64,000 bases of DNA. It comes from Squalus acanthias (lineage: Eukaryota). The translations under genes and the position numbers were made by a program. The stretch is from contig JASTWF010000034.1 of assembly GCA_030390025.1 (NCBI GenBank), positions 1,612,001-1,676,000 of the forward strand. The letters are read 5' to 3'. How positions within the stretch are numbered: position 1 is the first letter of the stretch; each line of letters opens with the position of its first letter. Shown here piece after piece: positions 1-11,779 of this stretch. The notes below the pieces were generated by a model. It was not told the DNA's origin and did no database searches. It saw nothing but the letters and a program-made list of their open reading frames with translations.

Positions 1-553
1 TTTTTCTTGGTGACATTTTTGCACCACGTATTCTGAGAGAGAGAGAGACTTCTAGAGAGATTCAACGCTGTGTGAAGGAGTTTTGGGTACTGAGCAGCAC
101 TTTGCAGGTTCATTTTGATTTGCCCTTCCTTGTATCGATTTAGAAGAAACTGTGGGGCCTGCACTCTGAGCTCTTTCCCTGTATTTCTCCATTGTTCTTT
201 CCAGCAGATTTGATGTGCAGGTCTCTCCAGGCCGAGATTCAAGGCTGCAATGAGCAGGATGTGGATGGAGAGCAAGATCAACCTTCCCCTTTAAGAACTG
301 GCCGGCGCCATTGTGTCTGTGTTCCATTGCTAACTGACATCTAATGAGCTTCGCCAGTGCTCTGAGGTAACGCCTCGCTCCGCGGCCTTTCCGCCTTATA
401 ACAGCTGTGAAACGCCTGATTTAGCGCTCCAATCAATTCCAGGGGCGATAAAAGCCAAGTTTGCAGTCAGAGTCGATAATTAGCGCCAGGCGCTAATTTT
501 TGCGCCCGGCCGATAATTGAGCCGCAAATGGGTCGATACTGAATTTGTCCCCC
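1..553 (+). mobile_element. Right part of a non-autonomous, internally deleted PIF/Harbinger transposon
   Basis: About 30-165 aligns by eye with 860-995 (transposase leader up to the ATG region). About 165-553 aligns with 7170-7555 (Myb gene start and right end). It ends in GAATTTGTCCCCC, similar to CAATTTTTGCCCC at 7543-7555. Confidence 0.75.
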
Positions 554-979
554 GAGATATTTAGTGCTTGAGCGCGGCTAATTTAGCGCCGCTCGGGAAA
601 TTGACCAGTTATTTTGCGCTGGTACTAAGCACTACCGCCACGATCTCCTGCGCCTGCAAATCATGACGTCAGTCGAGCGTGCAACGCCCCTTTAGCGACC
701 CGGACCGGATATTGAGTCGCATCCCCTGCCTTAGTGTCTGCCACTAGGAACGACAGGTAGAGGGGAACGTTTTCAAGACGGGAGGGGCTGGGGGAGCACT
801 AATTAAAGGCGGCCGCTTCCTGCATTTTCATGTCGGCAAAATTTTTGGTACACGCATGTTGAGAGGGAGAGAGACGTCTGGAGAGATTCGAAGCTGACCG
901 AACGAGATTTGGGTCCTGAGCACCACTTTGGAGATTCATTTTTATGTCACTTTCCTTCTGACGATATTTAGAAGCTTCG

Positions 980-2151
980 ATGGGGGCTGCACTAACTCAG
1001 GCCTCGTCGTCCAGCTTCACCATCAGAGGCAGCAGAGGCGCAGAGTGAGAGTGGCAAACGTGGCCAGAAGGAGGAGGGCCATCAGGCCTCTGCACAGGAG
1101 ACCTTACCCTCCCAGGGTATTCAGGAACCGATCCTCTTCCTATAGCCATTTGTCTGAGGAGCAGTGTTTCCAATGGCTGGGCTTCAGCAAGGAGGTGGTC
1201 ACAGACCTCTGCCGCCACCTGCAACCAGATCTGCAGCCTCAGCTCAGGACCAGATCATCTCTTTCGGTGACAGTGGAGGTGACAGTGGCTCTGAATTTCT
1301 AAGTCAGCGGTTCCTTTCAGGCTTCTACTGGGGACACAGTGAATATCTCCTGGTTCCCTGTTCATTGTTGCATCCGGGAGGTGACAAATGCTTCGTAGAA
1401 GAGGACACGCCAGTACATCTCTCCCAATCACCTGCGACAAACAGGGTGAACGCACATGTGGTTTTGCGAGGATAGCGGGCTTCCCCATAGTTCATGGCAC
1501 CATTTACTACACGCATGTGGCATTGCGGGCAACTCGTGAGAATGCAGAGGTGTTCCGAAACCACAAGGGCTTCCATTCTTTGAATGTGAAGTAGGTCTGT
1601 GACCACAGACAGCTCATACTCGCCGTCACTGCCCTATATTCTGGCAGCAGCCACGATACTTTTATCCTGCGCCAGACCGGTGTCATCAACATCTTCCAAC
1701 ACCGCATCAACCTACTGGATGGTTCCTCGGGGACAAAAGTTATCCAATCTGCACCTGGCTGATGATACCGCTCTGTAACCCCAACACTCCTGCTGAGCTC
1801 CAATACATTGAGAGCCAGAGTGCCACCAGGAACCTCATTGAGCAGCCGACGGGTGTCTTGAAACAACGGTTCCGGTGTCTGGACCACTCAGGGGGAGCCC
1901 TGCAGTACTCTCTCGAGCGAGTCTCCCTCTTCATTTGTGTGTGCTGTATGCTTCCTAACATTGCAATCATGAGGACCCAGCCATTGACACCAGGGATTGG
2001 TGCACCACTTGAGGAGCAGGGGGAGGAAGAGGGAGAGGAGGAGGATAAGGATGATGAAGAGGAGAATCTGCAGCAGCAACGTGGGAGGGAGGCGCACAAT
2101 GTTGCCACTGCAAGGGCCGTCCGTGAATGGCTCATAAGACACCGATTCTAA
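980..2151 (+). pseudogene. Harbinger (HARBI1-like) DDE transposase, disrupted
   Basis: Motifs RRPYPPRVFR, VTVALNF, GFPIVHGTIYYTHVALR (the canonical GxIDxTH Asp is replaced by Tyr), NHKGFHSLNV, SSHD, RNLIEQPTGVLKQRFRCLD, CCMLPN and an acidic tail. Split across frames, with stops such as TAA at 1300-1302. Confidence 0.9.
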
Positions 2152-2188
2152 CCCCTTACTGAGAAGATGGCTTCTGGGATGAAGAAGC

Positions 2189-5013
2189 ATAGAAGCATAG
2201 CACAGAAGATAGGAGCAGGATTAGGCCATTCCGCGCCTCGAGCCTGCTCCTCCATTTAATGAGATCATGGCTGATCATCCAAATTCAGTACCCTGGCCCT
2301 GCTTTCTCCCCATATCCCTTGATCCCTTTAGCCTGAAGAAATATATCTATCTACTTCTTGAATATATTGAATGAATTGGCCTCAACTGCCTTCTGTGGTA
2401 GAGAATTCCACAGGTTCACCACTCTCTGGGTGAAGAAAATCCTCCTCATCTCAGTCCTAAATGGCTTGCCCCTTATTCTTAGTCTGTGACCCCTGGTTCT
2501 GGACTCCCCCGCCATCGGGAACATCCTTCCTGCATCTAGTCTGTCTAGTCCTGTTAGAATTGTATAAGTTTCAATGAGATCCCCTCTCATTCTTCTAAAC
2601 TCTAGCGAATATAAGCCTAATCGACCGAATCTCTCTTCATACGTCATTCCTGCAATCCCAGGTATCAGTCTGGTAAATCTTCGCTGCACTCCCTCCATGG
2701 CAAGAACACCCTCCCTCAGATGAGGCGACGAAAACTGTACAGAATACTCGAGGTGTGGTCTCACCAAGGCCTTGTTCAACTGCAGCAAGACATCCTTGCT
2801 CCTGTACTCGAATCCTCTCGCTATGAAGGCCAAAATACCATTTGCCTTCTTAACCGCCTGCTGCACCTGCATGCTTACCTTCAGCATCTGGTGCACAAGG
2901 ACTCCCAGCTCTCGTTGCACTTCCCCTTTTCCCAATCTATTGCCGTTCAGATAATAATCTGACTTCCTGTTTTTGCCACCAAAGTGGATAACCTCGCATC
3001 TATCCACATTATACTGCATCTGCCATGCATCTGCCCAATCACCCAACCTTTCCAAATCATACTGGAGTTTCTCTGCATCCTCCTCACAGCACACCCCCCC
3101 ACCCAGCTTTGTGTCGTCTGCAAACTTAGAGATATTACATCTATTTCCCTCGTCTAGATCTTTAATATATATTGTGAATAGCTGGGGTCCTAGCACCGAT
3201 CTCTGCTGTACCCCACTAGTCACTGCCTGCCACTCGGAAAAAGACCCGTTTATTCCAACTCTTTGCTTCCTGTCTGCCAACCAGTTCTCTATCCAAATCA
3301 GTACCTTGCCCCAAATTCCATGTGCTTTAACTTTGTACGCTAATCTCTTATGCGGGACCTTATCGAAAGACTTCTGAAAGTCCAAATACACCACATCCAC
3401 TGGTTCTCCCTTATCTATGCTACCAGTTACATCCTCAAAAAATTCCAGTAGTTTAGCCAGGCATGATTTACCTTTTGTAAATCCATGTTGACTTTGACCG
3501 ATCCTGTCACTGTTTTCCAAGTGCTCTGCTATTACATCTTTTTTAATGGACTCTAGCATGTTGCCCACTACCGATGTCAGGCTTACCGGTCTATAATTCC
3601 CTGTTTTTTCTCTACCACCTTTTTTAAATAGTGGGGTTACATTAGCTACCCTCCAATCCATGGGAACTGTTCCAGAGTCTATAGAATTTTGGAAGATGAC
3701 TGGCAATGCATCTACTATTTCTGGGGCAACTTCCTTAAGTACCCTAGGATGTTGATTATCAGGCCCTGGGGATTTATCGGCCTTCAATTCCGTCAATTTC
3801 TCTAACACTATTTCGCTACAAATACTGATTTCATTCAATTCCTCCCTCTCATTAGACCCCTATGTTCCCCGACATCACTGGGAGGTTATTTGTGTCCTCC
3901 TTTGTGAAGACACAACAGAAGTATGTATTTAATTGGTTTGCCATTTCTTTGTTCCCCATTATAAATTCCCCTGATTCTGACTGCAAGGGACCTATGCCTG
4001 ACTTCATCAATCTTTTTCTCTTCACATATCTATAGAAGCTTTTACAATCAGTTTTTATGTTCCATGCCAGCTTACTCTCATTTTCTATTTTCCACCTCTT
4101 AATTAATGCCTTTGTCCTCCTTTTCTGAATCTTAAACTGCTCCCATGCCTCAGGTTTGCTGCTTTTTCTGGCCAATATATATGTCCTCTCTTTGGATCTT
4201 ATGCTATCCCTAATTTCCCTTGTTAGCCACGGTTGAGTCACCTGTTTTGTTTTATTTTTATGCCAAACAGGGATGAACAAATTCTGTACTTCATCCATGT
4301 GATCTTTAAATGTTTGCCATTGCCTATCCACCGTCAACCTTTCAAGTAACGCTCCCCAATCCATCCTAGCCAACTCGCGCCTCATACCATTTTAGTTTCC
4401 TTTATTTAAATTCAGGACCCTAGTCTCTGAGTCAACTACTTCACTCTCCATCTCAATGAATAATTCTATCAGATTAGGATCGCTCCTCCCCAAGGGGCCT
4501 CGCACAACAAGGTTTCTAATTAATCCTTTCTCATTACATAATACCCTGTCTAAGATGGCCTGATCTCTAGTTGGTTCCTCGATTTATTGGTCCAGGAAAC
4601 CATCCAATATACCCTCTAGGAATTCCTCCTCCACAGTATTGTTACTAATTTGGTTAGCCCAATCTATATGTAGATTAAAGTCAACCATGATAACTGCTGT
4701 GACCTTATTGCACGCATCTCTAATTTCCCATTTAATGACATCCCCAAACTTAGCATTACTCTTTGGTGGTCTGTATAAAACTCCCACTAAAGTTTTCTGC
4801 CCTTTGGTATTCCTCAGTTCTACCCATGCAGATTCCACATCATCAGAGCTAATATCCTTCCTTACTATTGTGTTAATCTGCTCTTTAACTAGCTATGCTA
4901 CTTCACCTCCTTTTCCTTTTTGTCTGACCTTCCTAAATATTGAATAGCCCTGGGTGTTGAATTCCCAGCCTTGATCACCCTGGAGCCATGTCTCAGTAAT
5001 CCCAAGCACATCA
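2189..5013 (-). mobile_element. CR1 (HER1-like) LINE, 5'-truncated, ORF2 (APE + RT) disrupted
   Basis: ORFs 4584-4838 (YRPP, DFNL), 3852-4385 and 2351-3838 (YLDFQK, KFADD). 3' tail with a degenerate GAATGGCC hairpin motif and CTATG repeats near 2190. Inserted between the two Harbinger genes. Confidence 0.95.
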
Positions 5014-5268
5014 TTGAAAGCATCCCGCTCCCCCTATTGCCAGGCAAAGGTGCAATGAGTCAAATGACCAAAGAGGTAAAGTTAGAATCTAAAAATTATT
5101 TATATTACAAAATCTGTGTAATTTAGGCAGGACAAACAATTAGAAATCAACTCAACAATTCACGAACTAACAAAACTCGTTCTCACAACATGGAGATAAA
5201 CGGCAAAACAGTGAACAAATATAATAACAATAAGCTCGAACCTTCCCACAAATATTCCCTCAATTTAT

Positions 5269-7204
5269 TTACAGATTGCATTGTTGGGCCTTCGAGGGTG
5301 ACCTGCGTTCCCGGTGCAAATCCCCCCTTTCCACCCTACTGCTCCTCCAATGTGGCCCCAGTGGCTGCAGCGAAGCTGATGGAAGGCTGCTGAATGCTGG
5401 ATCCAAAGATTGCCTTGAAGGTCGCCCTCGACTCGCTCTGGGACTGGAGGGCCCGGCTGCAGACTGCACCAACTCTGCATGGGCGGCAGCAGTCTGGACT
5501 GGCTGTGTTGCAGGCCGTGCCAAGTGCAATGGGGAAGTGGCAGCGGTGGGAGCAGGAATGCAGTAATCCAGAGAGAAAGCAGCACCTTCCTGATCGACCG
5601 ACACACTGCCACTCCCCCGGGGTAAAACCTTAGCATCCAGAGCAATCTGCTCGAGCACAGATTGCTGGCCTGCTGCAGTACTGTGAGATTCCTGGGGGAT
5701 GCGAGCGTCCCAGCGAGCATGGCAGCAGTCAGTGCTTGCGTGACATCAATCTGAGACTGCATCAGGGCAGTCTTAGACTGGATGGCACCAACCAACGAAT
5801 CAATTGCAGCACTAAGCCATTGCATTGCGTCGGCCTGTGCAGCAGTGGATCCTGCCACCTCACACATTACACGTGGCATGGGCTTAGCTTCACCACGGTC
5901 TCCCTGCAATTCAACCATCCACTGCAACGAGGCAAAAATGGGTTCAAGGGTTTGCGCACAGATGACAGCTGCTAGCGGCAGACTCCTCTATGCTACTATC
6001 AAGTCCACCCATGCTGTCGGGCACCCTTGCCATTGCACCCATCAGCTCAGTGTGCAAGCTCAAGCCTGGGTCTTCATGGCCACGATGTCGAGGTCCTCAT
6101 CCGAGTCCTGTGCAGCAGAACTCGCGCTCCTTCTCACCCACCGGGGAGATGGCTCCCGAGCTGCCTTGCCCCTATGGCGTTGCTGCAGCCCATTGGGTCA
6201 AGGAGCATCACCCTCATCAGACCCTAACACCCTGCTCCCCACCAGGGAAGGCGTGGCCCCAGTGTCAGATGTGTCGCCCTCGGGAGACGAAGGCGGTGAG
6301 GCTCCGGCTTCCTCCTCCTCCTCGTCTGTGCATCGCTGCCACTGGTAGGCTGAGGGACAGGCTAGTCAGCTGGTGGTTCACTATCTGAAAGCAGGGAGTT
6401 ACAAGAGTGGCTTTTGCTTGAGGGCAGCGGGGCAGGAAGGGAGCAAGGACTGGAGACAGTTAGTTGGATTGAAAGTATAAGAGGCTGGTGTTGTGAGGAT
6501 GAAGTGGTGTGAGAGTGCAGATAAAGCTGATGACCATACCATTGCTGTCCCAAGGGGACGACTACTATGACCTGGCTGGCAACGATCCTGTGCACTCTGT
6601 CCTCCAGCTCAGTCAGGGCGTGTAGGTCCGCCGTTCTCCTCCCGTACGTTGCTGCTCCCGTCTGTTATGAGAGAGCTTGGCCTGCAAGTAAAAGGACAGC
6701 GTGTGTGTTAGTGTGCAGGCATGTGTTTGGCAGATGTGCCTACCATAGTTGAATATTCGTTATTGTGTGCAGCCATGTGTTTGGCAGATGTGCCTCCCTC
6801 AGTTGAATAGACGTTAATGTGTGCAAGGTGTGGGATGTGAATGTGTGTTTTATGAGATGTCGATAGGTCTTGAATGAGTGTTGGGCATTTGGGTTTGTAA
6901 ACCCTCTGGGCACAGAGTTAAGTTGAGATGGAGGGATGTAGAGCTATTGAAAAGCAGGTACTCACCCTGAACACACGAGCGAGGTCATTGAACTTCTTCC
7001 GACATTGGGTGTGGGTTCTCGGCACCAGGCTTCTTGAGGAGATGTGCTGAGCCACCTCCCTCCACACACTTCCAAACTCCCGGGGCAATGACCTCCTGTC
7101 ACTCTCAGGAAACAGCACTGCCCGTCGCCGTCCAACCAGAGCCACCAATGCCTCGTCGCTGAAGTGCCCAGCTGTTTCTCTTGGCCCCTCCGTTTCTGTT
7201 TCAA
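5269..7204 (-). pseudogene. Harbinger Myb/SANT-like (trihelix) DNA-binding gene, 3 exons, disrupted
   Basis: Exon 1 about 7204-6966 (FSDEAL..RRAVLFP..WREVAQHISSRSLVPRTHTQCRKKFNDL, donor AGG|GTGAGT). Exon 2 6681-6540 (ttgcag|AKLSHNRREQQRTGG). Exon 3 from 6384 (tttcag|), low complexity with stops and frameshifts. Confidence 0.85.
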
Positions 7205-7555
7205 AGAGACACTTTAAACACAGGTCTGTCGATGCCCAGGTTCAAGGCTTCAATGAGCAGGGTTTGGCTGGCCAGCAAGATGGGCCCTCCCCTTTAAGAA
7301 CTGGATGGGGCTAGTCTGTCTGGCTTCCATGGTCACTGACATCGCCTGAGCTTCGGTAGTGTTCTGAATCAGCGCCTCGCTCCCCAATGTTTGTGCCTTA
7401 AGAGACGTGTTTAGCGCCTGATTTAGCGCTCAAATCAACACCAGGGGCGATAGAGGCAAATTTTGCAGTCGGAGGCTATAATTAGCACCGGGTGCTAAAC
7501 TTTGCACCCGGCCGATCTTTCCGCCCCAGAATGGACGATACCCAATTTTTGCCCC

Positions 7556-7900
7556 ATGGTCTACAGAATTAATGGCTTGACACAGACACTTACCAGGAAC
7601 ACCAACTGCAGCCAGGGTGAGGGGTTGGGGAGTAAATGACAAGAACAGCAATGCAGTTAAACATGATTTACAGAATTAATAGCTGGATAGTGAGACTTAC
7701 CAGGAACACCAACAGCAGAGAGGATGTTATACAACAACCATGCGTTAACAAAGATGTAACAACTTGAAACACAGAATACCATTAATAACTGAATATCCCA
7801 CGGTAAATAGCAAGAATAATATTACAGTGTAACATGGTTTATAGAATTAACAACTGGACAGAGATCCTTACTAGGAACACCAACAGCAGCGAGGAGGGGA
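7556..7900 (-). repeat. Three diverged copies of a GPCR exon-1 3' end plus splice-donor module
   Basis: GCTGTTGGTGTTCCT(G/A)|GTAAG followed by similar intron sequence (TTAATTCT.TA.A.CAT). Exon ends at 7872, 7701 and 7594. Confidence 0.85.
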
Positions 7901-7962
7901 TAGTAATTATTTTGTATGTCACAACATATTCCTAATATCCTAAACACTTCGCCCCAATCCAT
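7872..7962 (-). CDS. First coding exon of a GPR139/GPR142-like class A GPCR (copy 1)
   Basis: ATG at 7962, MDWGEVFRILGICCDIQNNYYPLLAAVGVP, then phase-1 donor A|GTAAGG. YYPxLAAVGVP matches my recollection of the TM1 start of shark GPR139-like receptors. Confidence 0.7.
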
Positions 7963-8039
7963 TCCTTCCCTTCTGTGAGTGTCTGGTGGTCTTTGTGCTG
8001 GGGGCAGCGCGCTGACTGTGTGAGGTGACACAGTGAAGG

Positions 8040-8142
8040 GATCTCCTTATTTAGAGCAGGGGGAAATCCACGAGTGACATCATTAGGCCTCACTGTAACT
8101 GGCATTAATTACAGTCATTGAACAAACAGACTCATTGAACCA
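8040..8142 (-). promoter_or_regulatory. Putative promoter of GPCR exon 1, copy 1
   Basis: Non-coding homology to 17770-17923: TATA-like CTAAATAAG, CATTAATTACAGTCA and TGTTTGTT. Confidence 0.55.
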
Positions 8143-8239
8143 TTGTCACCACAACACTTTACTGCAACACAATTTAACTCACCTTATTGTACACAGTTTA
8201 AAATTAAAAGTGAGCGAATACGCAATATTTCACCCGCTC

Positions 8240-8630
8240 GTAAACATAAGAATATAAGAATTAGGATAGGAGTAGTAAATAAGGCACTTCGAGACAGCTC
8301 CGCCATTTAATAAGATCATGGTTGATCTTCAAGCTCAAATGCAGATTCCCCACCGCCCCTTCCCCATCTTCATATCCCTTGATTCCTGTAGATTCCAAAA
8401 ATATGGAAGACAAACACAGAGAACGAAGTTTCTCCTCCTGTACTGATCTAAAGCTGAGAACAAAAGACGAGAAAGTGACAAAAAAAGGAAGGAATCAAAG
8501 ATACAAACATAGAATGGTTACATCACAGAAGGAGGCCATTCGGCCCGTGCCGGCTCTCTGCAAGAGCACTTAATCTCTGGAACCACTCTTGCAAATACTT
8601 TCTGCACCCTTTCTAAGGCCATCACAACAC
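8240..8630 (-). mobile_element. Short CR1 3'-end fragments
   Basis: CATAAGAATATAAGAA..GGAGTAG and CATAGAATGG..GAGGCCATTCGGCCC tails. Confidence 0.7.
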
Positions 8631-8639
8631 TCTCTGTTA

Positions 8640-8860
8640 CCAAAAACTCCTGCCTTCCACCCTATCACAGACCATCCCCTTTATTGTTTCCTCCCCTCCC
8701 CCCTTTCCCTGCCCCTGCACCTGGTTACAATCTTTTACATCTCTAACTTTTTCCACTTCTGACGAAGGGTCACGGACCTGAAACGTTAACTCTGATTCTC
8801 TCTCTACGGATGCTGCCTGGCCTGCTGAGTGTTTCCAGCATTTTCTGTTTCTATCTTCGA
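8640..8860 (+). mobile_element. Penelope-like element terminal (pLTR) fragment
   Basis: Pyrimidine-rich tract, then CTGACGAAGGGTCACGGACCTGAAACGTTAAC...GATGCTGCCTGGCCTGCTGAGT, as typically seen at PLE termini. Confidence 0.7.
8753..8795 (+). ncRNA. Minimal type I hammerhead ribozyme-like motif (probably degenerate)
   Basis: CUGACGA core at 8759-8765, hairpin GGUC-ACG-GACC, GAAAC at 8780-8784, and palindromic AACGUU for stem III. Confidence 0.55.
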
Positions 8861-8864
8861 CCTT

Positions 8865-11560
8865 CTTGTATTCTCTCTTAGTCTGACCCCACCCAATACC
8901 GTACATTTTCATACTCAACTGCTATCCATCTCGCCCCATCCTTTCTACAGCTTGTTTCTCCTTTCTAATGCCACATCCTGGTGTCCATCCCCCTGGAAGA
9001 CTAGTTTAAACCCTCTCCAACAGCACTAGGGTCGTAGAGAGAAAACGGGGAATTACAGATCGGTAAGCCTGACATCGGTAGTGGGGAAAATGCTAGAGTC
9101 CATTATAAAAGATGTAATAGTTGAGCACTTAGAAAACAGTTACAGGATCGGTCAAAGTCAACATGGATTTACAAAAGGTAAATCATGCTTGACTAATCCA
9201 CTGGAATTTTTTGAGGATGAAACAGTAAAATAGATAAGGGAGAACCTGTGGATGTGGTGTATTTGGACTTTCAAAAGGCTTTTGATAGGGTCCCGCATAA
9301 GAGATTAGCGTGTAAAGTTAAGGCACATGGGATTGGGGCAAAGTATTGACTTGGATAGAGAACTGGTTGGCAGACAGAAAGCAAAGAGTTGGAATAAACG
9401 GGTCTTTTTCCGAGTGGCAGGCAGTGACTAGTGGGGTACCGCAGGGATCGGTCCTTGGACCCCAGCTATTCATAATATATATTAATGACCGAGACAAGGG
9501 AACTAGATGTAATATCGCCAAGTTTTCAGACGACACAAAACTGGGTGGGCATGTGTGCTGCGAGGAGCATGCCGAGAAACTCCAGGATGATTTGGACAGG
9601 TTGGGTGATTGGTCAGGAGCGTGGCAGATGCAATATAACGTGGATAAATGCGAGGTTATCCACTTTGGTGTCAAAAACAGAAAGGCAGATTGTTATCTGA
9701 ATAGCAATAGATTGGGAGAAGGGGAAGTGCAATGAGACCTGGGTGTCCTTGTGCACCAGTCGCTGAAGGTATGCATGCAGCTACAGCAGGCGGTTAAGAA
9801 GGCAAATGGTATTTTGGCCTTCATAGCGAGAGGGTTTGAGTACAGGAACAAGGATGTCTTGCTGCAGTTGCACAGGGCCTTGGTGAGATCACACCTTGAG
9901 TACTGTGTGCAGATTTGGTCGCATTATCTGAGGAAGGCTGTTCTTGCCATGGAAACAGTTCAGCTAAGATTCACAAGCCTGGTACCTGGGATGGCAGGAA
10001 TGACATATGAGGAGAGATTGGGTCCATTGGGCTTATACTCGCTGGAGTTTAGAAGAATGAGAGGGGATCTCATTGAAACTTATAAAATTCTGACAGGACA
10101 GGACAAACTAAATGGAGGAAGGATGTTACCGATTGTCGGGGAGTCGAGAACCAGGGGTCACAGCCTTAGGATAAGGGGCAAGCCATTTAGGACAGCAATG
10201 AGGAGAAATTTCTTCACCCAGAGAGTGCTGAAACTGTGGAATTCTCTGCCACAGCAGGCAGTAGAGACCAATTCATTAAACAGATTCAAGAAGGATTTGG
10301 ATATATTTCTTAAAGCTAAAGGGGTCAAGGAATATGGGGAGAAAGCAGGGACAGGGTACTAAAATTGGATGATCAGCCATGATCGCATTGAATGGCGGAG
10401 CAGGCTCGAGGGGCCGAATGGCCTACTCCTGCTCCTATCGTCTATGATTCTATGATACTGGCAACGCCACCACCCCTCCCACCAATTGCGAGAACATTGG
10501 TTCCCGCTCTGTTGATATGCAACCTCTCCGTCCTGTACAGGTCACAGCTTCCCCAGAACAGGTCCCAATGTCCCAGGAATCTAAAGCACCCGCTTCTGTA
10601 CCGTCTCTCCAGCCAAGCATTCATCTGCTCTATCGTTCTATTTCTATACTGACTAGCTCGTGGCACCGGGAGTAATCCAGAGATTACAACCTTCGAGGTC
10701 CTGCTTTTTAATCTCGCTCCCAATTCCCTATAGTCTGCCAGCAGGATCACATCCCTCTTTCTATCTATGTAGATAATACCAATATGGACCACGACCTCTG
10801 GCTGTTCACCCTGCCCCCTCAGAATGTCCTGCAGCCACTCAGTGACATACTTGACCGTGGCACCAGGGAGGCAACATACCATCCTGGAGTCACGTCTGCG
10901 GCTGGAGAAAAAACAGTCTGTTTCCTCACTATCTAATCCCCTACCACTATTGCTTTCCCAATCTTCCTCCTCCCCCCGCTCCCCGTCCCGCCGCTACAGT
11001 TGAGCCACCCGTGGTGCCGTGGACTTGGCTCTGGCTGTACTCTCCAGAGGAGCCAATGAATACCGGTTAGAGAGTGAGATGCACTCAGGGGACTCCTGCA
11101 CTACCTGCCTGGTCCTCATTGTCTGTCTGACGTTCATTCATTCCCTCTCTGCCTGAACAGTCTTATGCTGCGGGGAGACCACCTCCTCACATGGTATCCA
11201 CGGAGCTCTCTGCCTAACGGATGCACCGCAGTGACGCCAGCTGCTGCTCAAGCTCCGAAAACCGTGGGAAGTGTCCTGGAGTTCCTACATGGCACAAGAT
11301 GTGCATTCCACGGGACTGCGGTGCCCTGCCATGCCTCTATTTAACTGGCTATTAACTAACTTAACAGAATTAAACTACAGTCTTAAATTAATCAAAATCT
11401 ACTAACCATTTATTTTATTTTCAGGGCATTCCCTTGTGCTGACGTCACTTACCTCGCACCTTGCTCCCCTCCCCGCTCCGGGTTATCTGTCCTACCTTAA
11501 TCTCCGGCCGCTCATCTCGCACTCTCCTCCTTCTCCCTCTGCCCCTAATTGCTTATCTCT
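8865..11560 (-). mobile_element. Older CR1: 5' UTR, ORF1 (SGNH esterase) and ORF1/ORF2 junction, split by a nested CR1
   Basis: ORF 10442-10882 (MVCCLPGA..VVVHIG..VVISGLLPVPRAS..GHWD). The ORF1 end SAVGEGLN* resumes at about 9028-9000. Confidence 0.85.
9030..10455 (+). mobile_element. CR1 LINE 3' half (RT plus 3' tail), nested insertion
   Basis: ORFs 9346-9735 (GVPQGSVLGP, KFSDD) and 9751-10362. Tail GGCCGAATGGCCTACTCCTGCTCC...CTATGATTCTATGA. Confidence 0.95.
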
Positions 11561-11779
11561 CCAAATTCACAACCTTAGCACTCTGTTTATAACAACTCCT
11601 TTTAGGATCACTCTGTGTAGATCACTGAAAAAATGGATTTCTCCACTCTTGTTCTCTGATTTATTCCATAGCAGTCCATCAGAATATAAAAAAACATTAA
11701 ACAAATGATCCTAAACGGCAGGATCTGAGACATGATCCCAGTGATGGACGATGGGACTCGCCTACATGACATTGGTCCC

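Larger units (their letters stand above)
554..7555 (+). mobile_element. Decayed autonomous-type PIF/Harbinger DNA transposon (left terminus not visible)
   Basis: Convergent HARBI1-like transposase and Myb/SANT-like genes, TTAGCGCC-rich subterminal regions, and a terminus ...AATTTTTGCCCC at 7555. Confidence 0.85.

Noticed and set aside
980..2151. Host HARBI1 gene
   Set aside because: Multiple stops and frameshifts, a paired Myb gene and a transposon terminus indicate a dead transposon.
2973..3377. Recurrent 'MPPKWITSHLSTLYCICH' ORFs (also 9318-9674 and 31994-32398)
   Set aside because: Antisense shadow frames of the CR1 RT, recurring only because the LINE recurs.
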